A stretch of 64,000 nucleotides of DNA from Candidatus Poribacteria bacterium (lineage in GTDB: Bacteria > Poribacteria > WGA-4E > WGA-3G), in NCBI GenBank assembly GCA_963665235.2, contig CAXXLX010000001.1, positions 1,632,001-1,696,000 on the forward strand, read 5' to 3'. The notes below the pieces were generated by a model, which saw only the letters and a program-made list of their open reading frames with translations, was not told the origin of the DNA and ran no database searches. Position numbers and translations under genes: made by a program. How positions within the stretch are numbered: position 1 is the first letter of the stretch; the number at the start of each line of letters is the position of its first letter. Below are positions 40,540-50,659 of the stretch, piece after piece.

Positions 40540-40562
40540 AACGGGTGAACCGCTCTATCTCT

Positions 40563-43058
40563 TCAAGTTTGCTGGGTGCTGCCGGTAGTCTTTGTAAACT
40601 GCACGCTGGCGTGGACAAGTGTCTCGGTTGGGGAGAAAGTTAACTTATAAATCGGTTTCTCCCAGCTGTATTGATAATTCCCGCCATAAGCCGATACATT
40701 TATTGGGAGGTAGTCCTCCGGTACATGGATAAAACAGGTCCCGGTTGCCTGTCTAGGCGGTTTGATAATCAGGAGATAACTTTGACTGTGAGAGTCCCAT
40801 CCGGACGATAAAATTTCAACCGCCCCTTGGGTATAGTGCATATCTGTAGCGAGCAGCTGCGGTACGTTTTGTTCTTCTCGGAAGCAGAGCAATTTCGCGG
40901 AGCGAGGGGCGATATTAACCAGCGTGACATTTTTAGAAACAACCCCTAGGTACTGTTGCATCCAAAAATCGTGAACGAGATAGTCTTTATCAGGATTAAG
41001 CCCGAAGGTGTCAAGATTTAGATGGACATCGTCCTGTTGGTCTTTCCAATTAAAAACTGCTGCAAGATGCCATGCTTCGCGCGATGTTTGAACGGGTAAG
41101 TGCCATATTCTGGGAAAAGGGCCGTCATATCGATCAATAGGAGTTGCGGCGTTACCGCCCAATGGTAACAGCTTCGCCAGCAATTCAGCGCGATGCGGGG
41201 AAAGGGTTGTAGGCGTATCCGCGCATAAGGTCGCAGCACCACTTAACGCAGCTGCTGTCATCTCAACGATTGCCTCATTAACAGGCCGAGGTTCATCTAC
41301 GGTGAGCTCCCCGTAGACGTAGTGCCACAACGTATTATGTGCACTGAGATGTCCGGTGTACCGGCTCAGCCTATGCTTAACGCCGTTTTTCTCATGCCAC
41401 AAGTCACTTTGATATGCCCCCTTTTGCCGCGGCATCGGATAATTGATACCGAAAGTACCGATACTTGCACTCTCAATTAGATTGTACCCAGCAAGCACAC
41501 CATCGCTTTCCGTTTCATCGACAGCTTTCTGTAGCAAACGGACCGCTAACCGGTATAATTCGGCTGAAGTGAGCGAGCTATCATGCCAGTTCGCCTGCGC
41601 AGCAATGGACATCATGCCATTGGTATAACTCGACAAATCGACTTTAATGAGGTCATATCCCCAATTATCTACGATATGCTTAATCAATTCACGGACACGG
41701 GTTTGTGCTTCCGGATGCGATACATCCAATATAACCACAGCAGGCCCTCTGCCGGGTAAATGCACCTCAGCAGGCGCATCGCCGGTTCGCAGACATGCCG
41801 CCGGATGCTTTTGCACCCACTCCGAATTACACACAACGCCAAACGGGTCGATACAGATACCTGCCTTGAAACCGCACCCATGAATACGTTCTACCAGTGG
41901 GCGCATGCCTTCAGGGAAGTGTTCAGGGTTCAGGGTTAAGTCTCCAGGAGCAGTTTGCCACCCGAGGTCTAAATGAATGTAGACATCTTCCCCGGTCACT
42001 GTCGGGTTAAAAAGCGGACTTTCGGCAATTGTGGAGGTTTGTTCCTCGATGCTCTTAGCACTGAGCTCGCCTTCAAGATTCTCCAAGGTGAAATTCCAGC
42101 CTGTGAAAACCTTGCAAGCGGGAGGTTTTCCGAGGGATGTGTTTTCTGGCGAGGTTGTAGGCGGCGTTTGCACCATAGCCTCGGTTGCAATTCGTTCGAT
42201 GTAGCGCGTATGGACTGAAGGCGCATCTTCTGAAAAGTCAAGGTAGCCGATTTCGGAGGTTATCTGTTCGCCAACTTGACACTCATATCGTTCACAATCA
42301 TGGTAAAGTGCCCAAGCTGTTAACCCTTGGGGTGATTTACGTTTAGGGGGTTGGTAACCTATCTGAATATGGGGCCACCACCGTTCGGTTGTAAGAAAAC
42401 CGAACATGAATGCCTTTTTGCTATCGGTATCGTGTAGGATGCCGTTATGATAAGATTGTATAGGAAGGTTGTCTTGACTTAAGCAGAATCCATCGTAGAT
42501 TTTTCGATAACTCTCGTTCGCTGATATCGGGGGCGTTTTCAGAAAAAGATGGTATTGGGAGGGATGCCCCCCTAATTGAACAGTTCCCTGCTGAGCGGCG
42601 ATATCGATCAGCGTGATACTCGTTAGACGGATAGGCACCTGCTTCAAGTTTTCAATACAAACTTTCAATAGAATATAGGGGTGGTCCCTGTAGCAGGTGA
42701 GGTACGTATAGACTCGAAGCCCCATTCCATTTGTTGCTGTCTCGTTTGCATGTGAGGAATTTTGGCGTTTTCCTCTGCCCTTTGTAGGTTCATAAGAGAA
42801 CCGTACGGTTTGGTAGGCCCCAAATGCATCTGTCCCCGGCAATTCTGTTTGGAATTCTCTAAGTCCAGCGTCCGAGGTTTTCAACGTAGTGCCATCTTCA
42901 AGGCTCACTTGTGTGTACCCATTCCTGATAACTGTTTGGCCCGTTGCATCCTTATAGTTCCATGTGCCTTTTTGTAAATTAAACTCTATTTTGTATTTGT
43001 GGTGGTTTATCACGACCAGTTTACCTTGCCGTGAGACTGCTAGCTCCTCTAGTTTCAT
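40563..43058 (-). CDS. Glycoside hydrolase, GH36/GH27 alpha-galactosidase-like
   Basis: LDLGWQ, FPEGM, LDVSHPEA, GYDLIKVD. Confidence 0.75.
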   Translation of the reverse strand: MKLEELAVSRQGKLVVINHHKYKIEFNLQKGTWNYKDATGQTVIRNGYTQVSLEDGTTLKTSDAGLREFQTELPGTDAFGAYQTVRFSYEPTKGRGKRQNSSHANETATNGMGLRVYTYLTCYRDHPYILLKVCIENLKQVPIRLTSITLIDIAAQQGTVQLGGHPSQYHLFLKTPPISANESYRKIYDGFCLSQDNLPIQSYHNGILHDTDSKKAFMFGFLTTERWWPHIQIGYQPPKRKSPQGLTAWALYHDCERYECQVGEQITSEIGYLDFSEDAPSVHTRYIERIATEAMVQTPPTTSPENTSLGKPPACKVFTGWNFTLENLEGELSAKSIEEQTSTIAESPLFNPTVTGEDVYIHLDLGWQTAPGDLTLNPEHFPEGMRPLVERIHGCGFKAGICIDPFGVVCNSEWVQKHPAACLRTGDAPAEVHLPGRGPAVVILDVSHPEAQTRVRELIKHIVDNWGYDLIKVDLSSYTNGMMSIAAQANWHDSSLTSAELYRLAVRLLQKAVDETESDGVLAGYNLIESASIGTFGINYPMPRQKGAYQSDLWHEKNGVKHRLSRYTGHLSAHNTLWHYVYGELTVDEPRPVNEAIVEMTAAALSGAATLCADTPTTLSPHRAELLAKLLPLGGNAATPIDRYDGPFPRIWHLPVQTSREAWHLAAVFNWKDQQDDVHLNLDTFGLNPDKDYLVHDFWMQQYLGVVSKNVTLVNIAPRSAKLLCFREEQNVPQLLATDMHYTQGAVEILSSGWDSHSQSYLLIIKPPRQATGTCFIHVPEDYLPINVSAYGGNYQYSWEKPIYKLTFSPTETLVHASVQFTKTTGSTQQT

Positions 43059-43105
43059 GCCTGCGTTTCCTTCCGTCTGATTAGTCGGTTAATTGTAAAA
43101 AGGAT

Positions 43106-43246
43106 CAGGACTTACGCAAATTTAGCAGGAGCCTCAGTATTCGGGCAAACGGTTTCCCGCTCCTCTGGGCGGGGTCCCCCCGCCCGCTAGGTCTCCCTCT
43201 AAATCCCACTATCATAAAGGTTTATCAACGCGCTGCGTAAGTCCTA
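43106..43246. mobile_element. MITE family C, copy 1
   Basis: TIR AGGACTTACGCA/TGCGTAAGTCCT, flanking repeat AAGGAT. Confidence 0.82.
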
Positions 43247-43253
43247 AAGGATA

Positions 43254-43826
43254 TTAGAGTTGCGCCACTGCCTGATAGAAAGTTAAATGTGTATCGCCGT
43301 ACTGTTTCAGCCGGGTACGCGTTAGGCATCCAACGGTGGCTGGCAGTAGGGTCCGTTTATGATGTTCCACTAGCAGTGTCCCCGTGGTTTGCAGCAGGCG
43401 AGTCTCTGCTATCTGTCCAAGGCATTTCTCGTAAAGCCCGGCATTGTACGGTGGGTCGAAGTAGATAAGCTCAAAATTTTCTGACCGTTTGTGGAGAGTA
43501 GCGATGCCTTCCTGTACATCTCGCCGGAGCAGCTGCACCTGCGGGGCTGCAACCGCCACCCCACACGTTTGGAGGTTGCGTTCAATCAGGTGAAGACAGC
43601 CCGGATGTCGTTCCAAGAAGACTACCCGTTTTGCTCCACGGCTGAGAGCTTCAATGCCGATATTGCCAGTTCCAGCACACATGTCCAGAAATGTTGCATC
43701 GATGACTCGTTCACGCAAAATACTAAAAACAGATTCTTTGACCCTATCCCCGGTTGGACGAACAAGCAGGGCTCCTTTAGGACGTATTAAGCGTCTACCG
43801 CCAAATTTACCGGCTATAATTCGCAT
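43254..43826 (-). CDS. rsmD: 16S rRNA m2G966 methyltransferase
   Basis: MRIIAGKFGGR, RPTGDRVKESVF, EALSRGA, DPPY. Confidence 0.95.
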   Translation of the reverse strand: MRIIAGKFGGRRLIRPKGALLVRPTGDRVKESVFSILRERVIDATFLDMCAGTGNIGIEALSRGAKRVVFLERHPGCLHLIERNLQTCGVAVAAPQVQLLRRDVQEGIATLHKRSENFELIYFDPPYNAGLYEKCLGQIAETRLLQTTGTLLVEHHKRTLLPATVGCLTRTRLKQYGDTHLTFYQAVAQL

Positions 43827-43871
43827 GATGAGCACCCGCGCGGTACACCTGCTATCAAGGTTCAAACTCAC

Positions 43872-43985
43872 CAGGACTTACGCAAATTTAGGAGGTTTAT
43901 CGTAGGGGCGAGGTGCCCTCGCCCGCTAGGTCTCCCTCTAAATCCCATTATCTATGGACTTTATCAACACACTACGTCCGTCCTA
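43872..43985. mobile_element. MITE family C, copy 2 (degenerate right end)
   Basis: CAGGACTTACGCAAATTTAG..., flanking repeat CTCAC. Confidence 0.7.
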
Positions 43986-44021
43986 CTCACCTATTTTGAC
44001 AGGTGCTCCACGGAGAGAGTT

Positions 44022-45332
44022 TCAAACGAACAGTTTCGGAATAACCGTTCCATCGTTCACAACTTGTATCGGTCGACCGGAGCGCGAGTAATTCTCTTTT
44101 TCATAGTCAATTCCGAGTGCGAAACAGAGCGATGCAAACAGATCAGGGACACCGATTCCCTCTGTCACAACCTGCATTCCATCCGGACTCGTACTGCCGA
44201 TGACTTGTCCACCCTTGATACCGCCGCCTGCTACGACAGCGGACCACCCATTTGGATGATGGTCGCGTCCATCATTTTGGTTGATTCGCGGTGTCCGACC
44301 GAATTCACCCAACCAGAGGACGAGCGTTTCATCAAGCAGATCGCGTTCATTGAGGTCTTTGAGAAGCATCGCAAACGCAGGGTCAACAACGTTAAGCAGC
44401 TCTTTCGTTCGATCGAAATTGTTTTCGTGCGTATCCCAACCATCAAGCGTGACTTCAACAAATTTAACACCGGCTTCAACGAGTCGCCTTGCCATCAAAC
44501 ATCCCTGCCCGAATCGGTTCATGCCGTAAGCCTCACGTAGAGCAATCGGTTCTTCGTTCAGCTCAAATGCTTTAACATTCGGGGAATTAATAAGCTCGTC
44601 CGCTTTTTTGTAGATAGCCTCGTGCGCTTCGGTCCCACGTCCAGTACGTTTTGCAATGAAATCCTTTTCAATCGTGTTCAGCATTTTGAGCCGTTCACGA
44701 AAACGATAGGTATCCATTTGTGCCGGATATGAGATGTCATCCACCGGTTTCATCGGATTATTCACAACAAATGGGTCGTGTGACGCACCGAGAAACCCAC
44801 CGGTGTAAGTTGGCGAATTGATATTTACGCAGCTCGGTAAAGTTAATTCGTCGTCCTCAACATAGTAGGAGGTGAGAGAACCGAGCGTTGGGTGACGGAC
44901 CGCGCCCCCAGGAGCATAGCCTGTATGCAATAGGTAACGTGCACGTTCATGATTGCCCTCGCGGGATACCATCGAGCGGAGAATGGCGAGGTGATGTGCC
45001 TGCTCCGCTACATTTGGGAGATGCTCTGAAACTTCAATACCTTTGACGCTTGTCGGAATCGCAGCGAAAGGTCCACTATTTTTTTCCTTCGCGGGTTTCG
45101 GATCAAACGTATCTAACTGACTCGGCCCACCACTCATAAACATAACGATGCAATGTTTCGCCCGCGGAACAACACCCGCTATTTCTGTCCCCGCACTAGC
45201 AGTGCCGAAGTGTTGCATGGCAACAAGCCCGAGAAAACTGCTGACACCGCATTTGAAAAAGCCGCGGCGAGAAATTTCCTTATGCCATAACTCAGGTGTA
45301 TCGTATTCGGGAATCCATAATCCTGATTTCAT
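44022..45332 (-). CDS. DUF1501 family protein (Tat signal)
   Basis: SRRGFF, GGPSQLDTFDPK, ARRLVEAGV, WDTH, GEFGRTP. Confidence 0.92.
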   Translation of the reverse strand: MKSGLWIPEYDTPELWHKEISRRGFFKCGVSSFLGLVAMQHFGTASAGTEIAGVVPRAKHCIVMFMSGGPSQLDTFDPKPAKEKNSGPFAAIPTSVKGIEVSEHLPNVAEQAHHLAILRSMVSREGNHERARYLLHTGYAPGGAVRHPTLGSLTSYYVEDDELTLPSCVNINSPTYTGGFLGASHDPFVVNNPMKPVDDISYPAQMDTYRFRERLKMLNTIEKDFIAKRTGRGTEAHEAIYKKADELINSPNVKAFELNEEPIALREAYGMNRFGQGCLMARRLVEAGVKFVEVTLDGWDTHENNFDRTKELLNVVDPAFAMLLKDLNERDLLDETLVLWLGEFGRTPRINQNDGRDHHPNGWSAVVAGGGIKGGQVIGSTSPDGMQVVTEGIGVPDLFASLCFALGIDYEKENYSRSGRPIQVVNDGTVIPKLFV

Positions 45333-45658
45333 TAAATTAACAGCATTCGCAACGCAAATGTTTTTACGAATGCTTCTCCTTATTTTAGCCCGCTAAAAAA
45401 TCGTCAGTCGCAAGAACAGTGGCACCTGCGGGATAGATGCCATGTTCTCATGCAGTTTGTCTCTGAAGTTGAGATGTTTTGACTAGTTTCTATATATTTG
45501 TTTGCCAATTTAAGCCGCCCGGTTTACCTCACATTAATATGATAACACATTCGCGTTTCAAAAACAAGCACAAAGGGACCGGCTTGCATGCGTTGTCGAC
45601 ACTACAGCGTTTGACGATGTCCCAAAATCCGTATTCTGGGTTGCACACTTCATTAAAC

Positions 45659-46264
45659 TCAAGGGGTGCCGTTGAACAAGGCGTTCTTAAAGTCTTCAAG
45701 GCTGTCGGCTTTGGCAGCGGCAAGAAGCAACTGATTAAGGTAATCTAAATCGCCAATTGCCTCTATAAGCGGCTTTAGCCTTTCTGCTACATCGGTCTGA
45801 AATCGGGCCGTTAGCACCGTGAGAACCGCTTTGCGCGCCTGTAGTTTTCGACCCTGTTCGATGCCTTGTTCGATGCCTTGTGTGATGCTTTGTGCGATGT
45901 CTTGTGTGATGCCTTGTGCAATACTTTGTGCAATGCCTTGTGCAATGCCTTGTGCAATGCCTTGTTGTCGACCCTCTTCTCGACCCTGTTCGATGCCTTG
46001 TGCGATCCATTTTTTACTTAGGTCTTGTATAACAGAAGATTCTTGCACGGTTGCCTCCAATACTGCGTTCCAAATCGTTTCGGAACCATAGATTAAACCA
46101 CCTAAAATCGCAAAATCCGCTAACGCCTCTATTTTCTGCGATTCATCAACTGAACTCGTTTCAATCACCTCTACACACCGACGAAGCCACGCCGGACCAT
46201 CCAACTCGGCAGGCGGTGCCATCAGTGCAGCGAACGGAACAAGCTCCACACGATTCGAATCCAA
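45659..46264 (-). CDS. Duplicated C-terminal half of Rpn family protein with (GIAQ)n repeats; candidate internal start GTG 46048
   Basis: Near-identical to 46282-46770; GGAGG-5 nt-GTG; 12-bp tandem repeats at about 45855-46000. Confidence 0.7.
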   Translation of the reverse strand: MDSNRVELVPFAALMAPPAELDGPAWLRRCVEVIETSSVDESQKIEALADFAILGGLIYGSETIWNAVLEATVQESSVIQDLSKKWIAQGIEQGREEGRQQGIAQGIAQGIAQSIAQGITQDIAQSITQGIEQGIEQGRKLQARKAVLTVLTARFQTDVAERLKPLIEAIGDLDYLNQLLLAAAKADSLEDFKNALFNGTP

Positions 46265-46281
46265 AGTCTAGGTTGCACACT

Positions 46282-47267
46282 TCATTGAACTGAAGTGTTG
46301 ATGCCTAACAAGACGTTACTAAAGTCTTCAAGGCTGTCGGCTTTGGCAGCGGCAAGATGCAACTGATTAAGGTCCTCTAGCTCGTCAATCGCCCCTATAA
46401 GCAGTTTTAGCCTCTCCACCGCATCGGTTTGAAATCGGGCCGTTAGCACTGTGAGAATCGCTTTACGCGCCTGCAGTTTTTGCCCCTGTTCGATACCCTC
46501 TTCTCGACCCTGTTCAACACCTTGTGCGATCCATTTTTTACTTAGGTCTTGTATAACAGAAGATTCTATCACGGTTACCTCCAATACTGCGTTCCAAATC
46601 GTTTCGGAACCATAGATTAAACCACCTAAAATCGCGAAATCCGCTAAATCTGCGATTCATCAACTGAACTCGTTTCAATCACCTCTACACACCGACGAAG
46701 CCACGCCGGACCATCCAACTCCGCAGGCGGTGCCATCAACGCCGCAAACGGAACAAGCTCCACACGATTCGCATCTAACAGCTTTTGACCATCCATCTTC
46801 CACAACCTGATAACACGATACTCTATGTGAATATTATAGCCCGGAATCTCTTGAACGTATTGACCCGGGTCATTCTCCCCTGCCTCTCTATCCAAGTAAA
46901 TGACATGAGAACAGATAGGTAATTTGTAAGCCGCGAGGCAATTGCCGATGTAGCCTGCCATGCGGAACGGCATCGGGACATCCCGACTATCGCGTGTTTG
47001 AAACTCGCAGTGGACAATAATTTGCTTACCCCCGATAGTCACTAATATGAAACTATCAGCAATGTGTGTTTTCATAGTGAGCTGTTCAGTTTCAATGACT
47101 TCACAGGTATCCGCCTCTATGCCGAGGAACGTTGTGACAAACCCCATCGGGTCTTTGCGTACACTTCGGCCTGTAACGTTATCAAACGGTTTGGGCAAAA
47201 TGAGTTTGCTATCGGGGGTTACTATTTTCTGCCCGTTTGACGGTGGTGCGTTACGATTTTCTGCCAC
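46282..47267 (-). pseudogene. Rpn family PD-(D/E)xK nuclease, frameshifted by a net 10-bp deletion near 46648
   Basis: ADSF..HCEFQ..MPFRMAGY, YRVIRLW. Alignment with the downstream duplicate shows the lesion. C-terminal ORF 46282-46572 is intact. Confidence 0.8.
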
Positions 47268-47423
47268 AGTGAATCTCCTCGGTGCCGTAAAGTTCTTATT
47301 TCTAATTCATTATACCCTATTTCTCCGGTAATTGTCAAGTTTTAAAAATCTAAAAAACAGAGGCATGCAGTTTTCCAAAATCAACGCTGAATGTGTGTTT
47401 GCGTTCAAAACCTACTTGCAGGA

Positions 47424-48194
47424 TTAGATATTTGAACGCGATTGACATCCATCCACGTTGATGCACGCGCCTGTTACAAGACTTGCACGCTCGGAAGCGA
47501 GGAAGACGACAACATTAGCGATTTCTTCGGGCTTTCCGAACCGTCCGAGAGGCATATCGCTTTTGACAAAGGCTTTCATCCCTTCAGGGTCGCTTTCCAT
47601 GCGTCGTGCCCAGCCGCCGCCAGGGAAGAGGATGGACCCCGGGGCAATACTATTGACACGGATATTATCGGCCGCAAGTTCATTGGCTAACGATTTTGCC
47701 ATACTAATTTCGGCAGCTTTAGCAGCGTTGTAGGTGATATGTCCCCCGCCTTCTCTACCGTATATGGAGGCTATCATTAAAATGACCCCCCCGCCCTGTT
47801 TCCGCATTGCTGGGATTGCAAGCCTATTTATTCGCGCTGCCGAAACCAAATTCAGGTCAAGAATTTCGTGCCATTCGTCATCAGAAATGTCGTCTAACGG
47901 TGTCTTGCGACTGCCGCCAACATTATTGACGACGATATCAACGCGCCCGTAATGTGCCAACGTCTCTGTCATGAAAGCTTCAACTTGAGCGGCATCGGTC
48001 ACATCGGTGGATTTGGCAAATACTTCTGCGCCGTGTGTACCAAGCTCCTCGGTTACGGTTTGTAGTGTGTCAGGGTCTCTACCGCAGATGCTGAGCCGGG
48101 CCCCCTCTTGTGCAAAACCGAAAGCGATAGCTCTTCCTATTCCGCGGCTTGCGCCTGTTACAACAACGACCTTGTCTGTCAATCCTAAGTTCAT
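47424..48194 (-). CDS. SDR family oxidoreductase
   Basis: TGASRGIG, NNVG, YNAAK, VDG. Confidence 0.93.
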   Translation of the reverse strand: MNLGLTDKVVVVTGASRGIGRAIAFGFAQEGARLSICGRDPDTLQTVTEELGTHGAEVFAKSTDVTDAAQVEAFMTETLAHYGRVDIVVNNVGGSRKTPLDDISDDEWHEILDLNLVSAARINRLAIPAMRKQGGGVILMIASIYGREGGGHITYNAAKAAEISMAKSLANELAADNIRVNSIAPGSILFPGGGWARRMESDPEGMKAFVKSDMPLGRFGKPEEIANVVVFLASERASLVTGACINVDGCQSRSNI

Positions 48195-48256
48195 CAAACA
48201 GCCTCCATTTCTTTTATAGATATATCATCCATACAGGTCTAAACAGACCAAAGGAT

Positions 48257-48949
48257 TCAATTTTCCTCTTTAAGCCGATAACCAACGCCATATACGGTCT
48301 CAATCTGGTTTCCGAGATTTCCTAATTTGCGTCGGAGGCGACTGACATGCGTATCCACCGTCCGGTCCACGCCGTAGTATTCCTGTCCCCATATAACGTC
48401 CATCAGAATATCGCGTGTAAAAACGCGTCCTGGGGAACGTGCAAATAGGGTAATGAGTTTAAACTCGGTAGCGGTCAGGTCAATAGGTTTTTCTTCTGTC
48501 AACACCTGATGCCGTGCCAGATCGATTGTCACGCCATGCGTTTCAATGGAGTTTTCCTCTTCCGCTTCTTGACTGGCTCTGAGCCGACGGAGGACAGCAG
48601 TGACGCGTAAAACGACCTCACGCGGACTAAAGGGTTTCGTGATATAATCGTCTGCCCCTAATTCTAACCCTGTTACGCGGTCATCCTCCTTTACCTTCGC
48701 TGTCAGCATGACAATCGGAATGTGTTTGGTACGCGGATCGTTCTTCAACAGTCGACAGACGATAAGTCCATCTACCTCCGGCAACATCAAATCTAACAGG
48801 ATGAGGTCAGGGGGGTTATCTACAGCACGCTGTAGTGCATCGCTCCCATTTCGGACGATGTTTACCTCAAAGTCCGCCTGTCGGAGGTTATATCTCAACA
48901 ACTCTGCGATATCACGCTCATCTTCAACAACTAAAATTTTTGCTTCCAT
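48257..48949 (-). CDS. OmpR/PhoB family response regulator
   Basis: ILVVEDE, LLDLMLP, GADDYITKPF, RTVDTHVSRLRRKL. Confidence 0.94.
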   Translation of the reverse strand: MEAKILVVEDERDIAELLRYNLRQADFEVNIVRNGSDALQRAVDNPPDLILLDLMLPEVDGLIVCRLLKNDPRTKHIPIVMLTAKVKEDDRVTGLELGADDYITKPFSPREVVLRVTAVLRRLRASQEAEEENSIETHGVTIDLARHQVLTEEKPIDLTATEFKLITLFARSPGRVFTRDILMDVIWGQEYYGVDRTVDTHVSRLRRKLGNLGNQIETVYGVGYRLKEEN

Positions 48950-49049
48950 CCGTCCTTCCTTACTATTGTCCGCTCAAAATAAGTTTACAAAATTCCACAT
49001 TTCTTTTTAAAAATGTATCATATTTTCTGGGGAGAGTCAAGTTTTTATT

Positions 49050-50093
49050 TTATCTATTCTGTTCAATAACAACCGCTTCAACGGTTTTCAACGTCACCCG
49101 GTCACCTACTTGGAAGGAGCATCGGTAATCGGTTTGGACGAAGTAGGATTCTCCTTGAACTTCAACGCAATACGTGAAATCGTGCCCCTTGAATTCGCGT
49201 GCGACGATATAACCTGCTGCTTCATTACCCGTATCCGGTGAACATGGGTGCATTGTGATATATTCAGGACGAATTGAAAGGAGGACACGCGGCGTGTCTG
49301 ACATATCAAACCGTAAATTCCCGAACGGCGTTTCAGCGATACCGGCTTTGACGTGCGTTTCAACGATATTGGTTTTTCCTAAAAAATTTGCCACATACAC
49401 CGTTTTTGGGCGGCGGTAAACATCTTCAGGCGTGCCGAGCTGTTCAAGCGTCCCACTGTTCATCACAGCGAGCCGTTCAGCGAAGCTGAGTGCCTCCTCC
49501 TGGTCATGCGTTACCAAGACAACGCTGATACCGGCGGTCTTTAATAGGGCTCTAACCTCCTCTCGGGTAGCTTGGCGGAGCCCAGCGTCCAGGCTGGAAA
49601 AGGGTTCATCTAGAAGTAGGAGTTTCGGTTGCGTAGCGAGTGAACGTGCTAAAGCAACGCGTTGCTGTTCACCGCCCGATAGATGATGCGGCATGCGTTC
49701 GTGGAGATGCGCAATTCCTACCCGTTCTAAGGTTTCTAAAGCACTTGCACGCCGTGCCTTTTTGGACATTTTTCGACTGAGACCAAAGGCGGCGTTATCC
49801 AGTACGTTCTTATCCGGAAAAAGCGCGTAATCTTGAAAGACAAACCCAATTCCCCTATGTTCAGGAGGGATATGCACGTCCGAATCGGCTAGCAGACGGT
49901 TTTCCATAGCAATTGTGCCCGCGTCCGCCTTTTCAAACCCGGCAAGCAGACGTAACGTTGTCGTCTTACCGCACCCGCTTGACCCGAGGAGCGCGAAAAT
50001 TTCTCCCGGATAGACCTCAAAGCTGACATCCTTGACGACAGGTGTTCCTGCAAATTCCTTTGTAATCAATTCAACTGTGAGTAGCGGTGTCAT
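49050..50093 (-). CDS. ABC transporter ATP-binding protein (FbpC/PotA-like)
   Basis: GSSGCGKTT, FQDYALFP, LSGGEQQR, LLDEPF, TOBE tail. Confidence 0.92.
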   Translation of the reverse strand: MTPLLTVELITKEFAGTPVVKDVSFEVYPGEIFALLGSSGCGKTTTLRLLAGFEKADAGTIAMENRLLADSDVHIPPEHRGIGFVFQDYALFPDKNVLDNAAFGLSRKMSKKARRASALETLERVGIAHLHERMPHHLSGGEQQRVALARSLATQPKLLLLDEPFSSLDAGLRQATREEVRALLKTAGISVVLVTHDQEEALSFAERLAVMNSGTLEQLGTPEDVYRRPKTVYVANFLGKTNIVETHVKAGIAETPFGNLRFDMSDTPRVLLSIRPEYITMHPCSPDTGNEAAGYIVAREFKGHDFTYCVEVQGESYFVQTDYRCSFQVGDRVTLKTVEAVVIEQNR

Positions 50094-50145
50094 TGCATCA
50101 ATCTCCAAATAGCAGTCAATGAGAGTTGGAAGTTCACCCATTAGA

Positions 50146-50658
50146 ACGTGAGTTTGAAAAAGGTTTTCCCCTAGTTATACCATTTCTAATTGAAAATGCA
50201 TAAACTTCCTCTTTGTAGTAGCATAAACTTCCAGTTTGTGCTTTGTAGTAGCATAAACTTCCAGTTTGTGCTTTGTAGTTAAACTTCCAGTTTGTGCTTT
50301 GTAGTAGTAAACTTCCAGTTTGTGCTTTGTAGTAGCATAAAAGTTTGTGCTTTGTAGTAGCATAAACTTCCAGTTTGTGTCTTCCGTTCTCCGTTTCATT
50401 TCTAACAACCGGTAATGATAGAATAATTAATAAAAATGGTATTAGTATGAAGAGCAGGCTGGTTACCCGAATACTGGGCGATAAGTCCGCTCCTTAGGGA
50501 CGATCCGTTTATAGGCAGGTCCATGGGTTTCTGCCCGCCTCTTAGTCCCGTAGGGACGATATCTTTATAGAAAGCCGTTAACGCCTGCCTCTTAGTCCCG
50601 TAGGGACGATATCTTTATAGAGGTTAGGAAAAACAGACATTTATTATCAAGCTCACGT
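50146..50658. mobile_element. MITE family A, copy 3, with nested family B MITE
   Basis: ACGTGAGTTTG...CAAGCTCACGT, flanking repeat ATTAGA. Confidence 0.8.
50178..50441. mobile_element. MITE family B, copy 1, carrying tandem hairpin units
   Basis: TIR TACCATTT/AAATGGTA, TTA on both flanks; ends shared with 52679-53124. Confidence 0.75.
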
Positions 50659-50659
50659 A

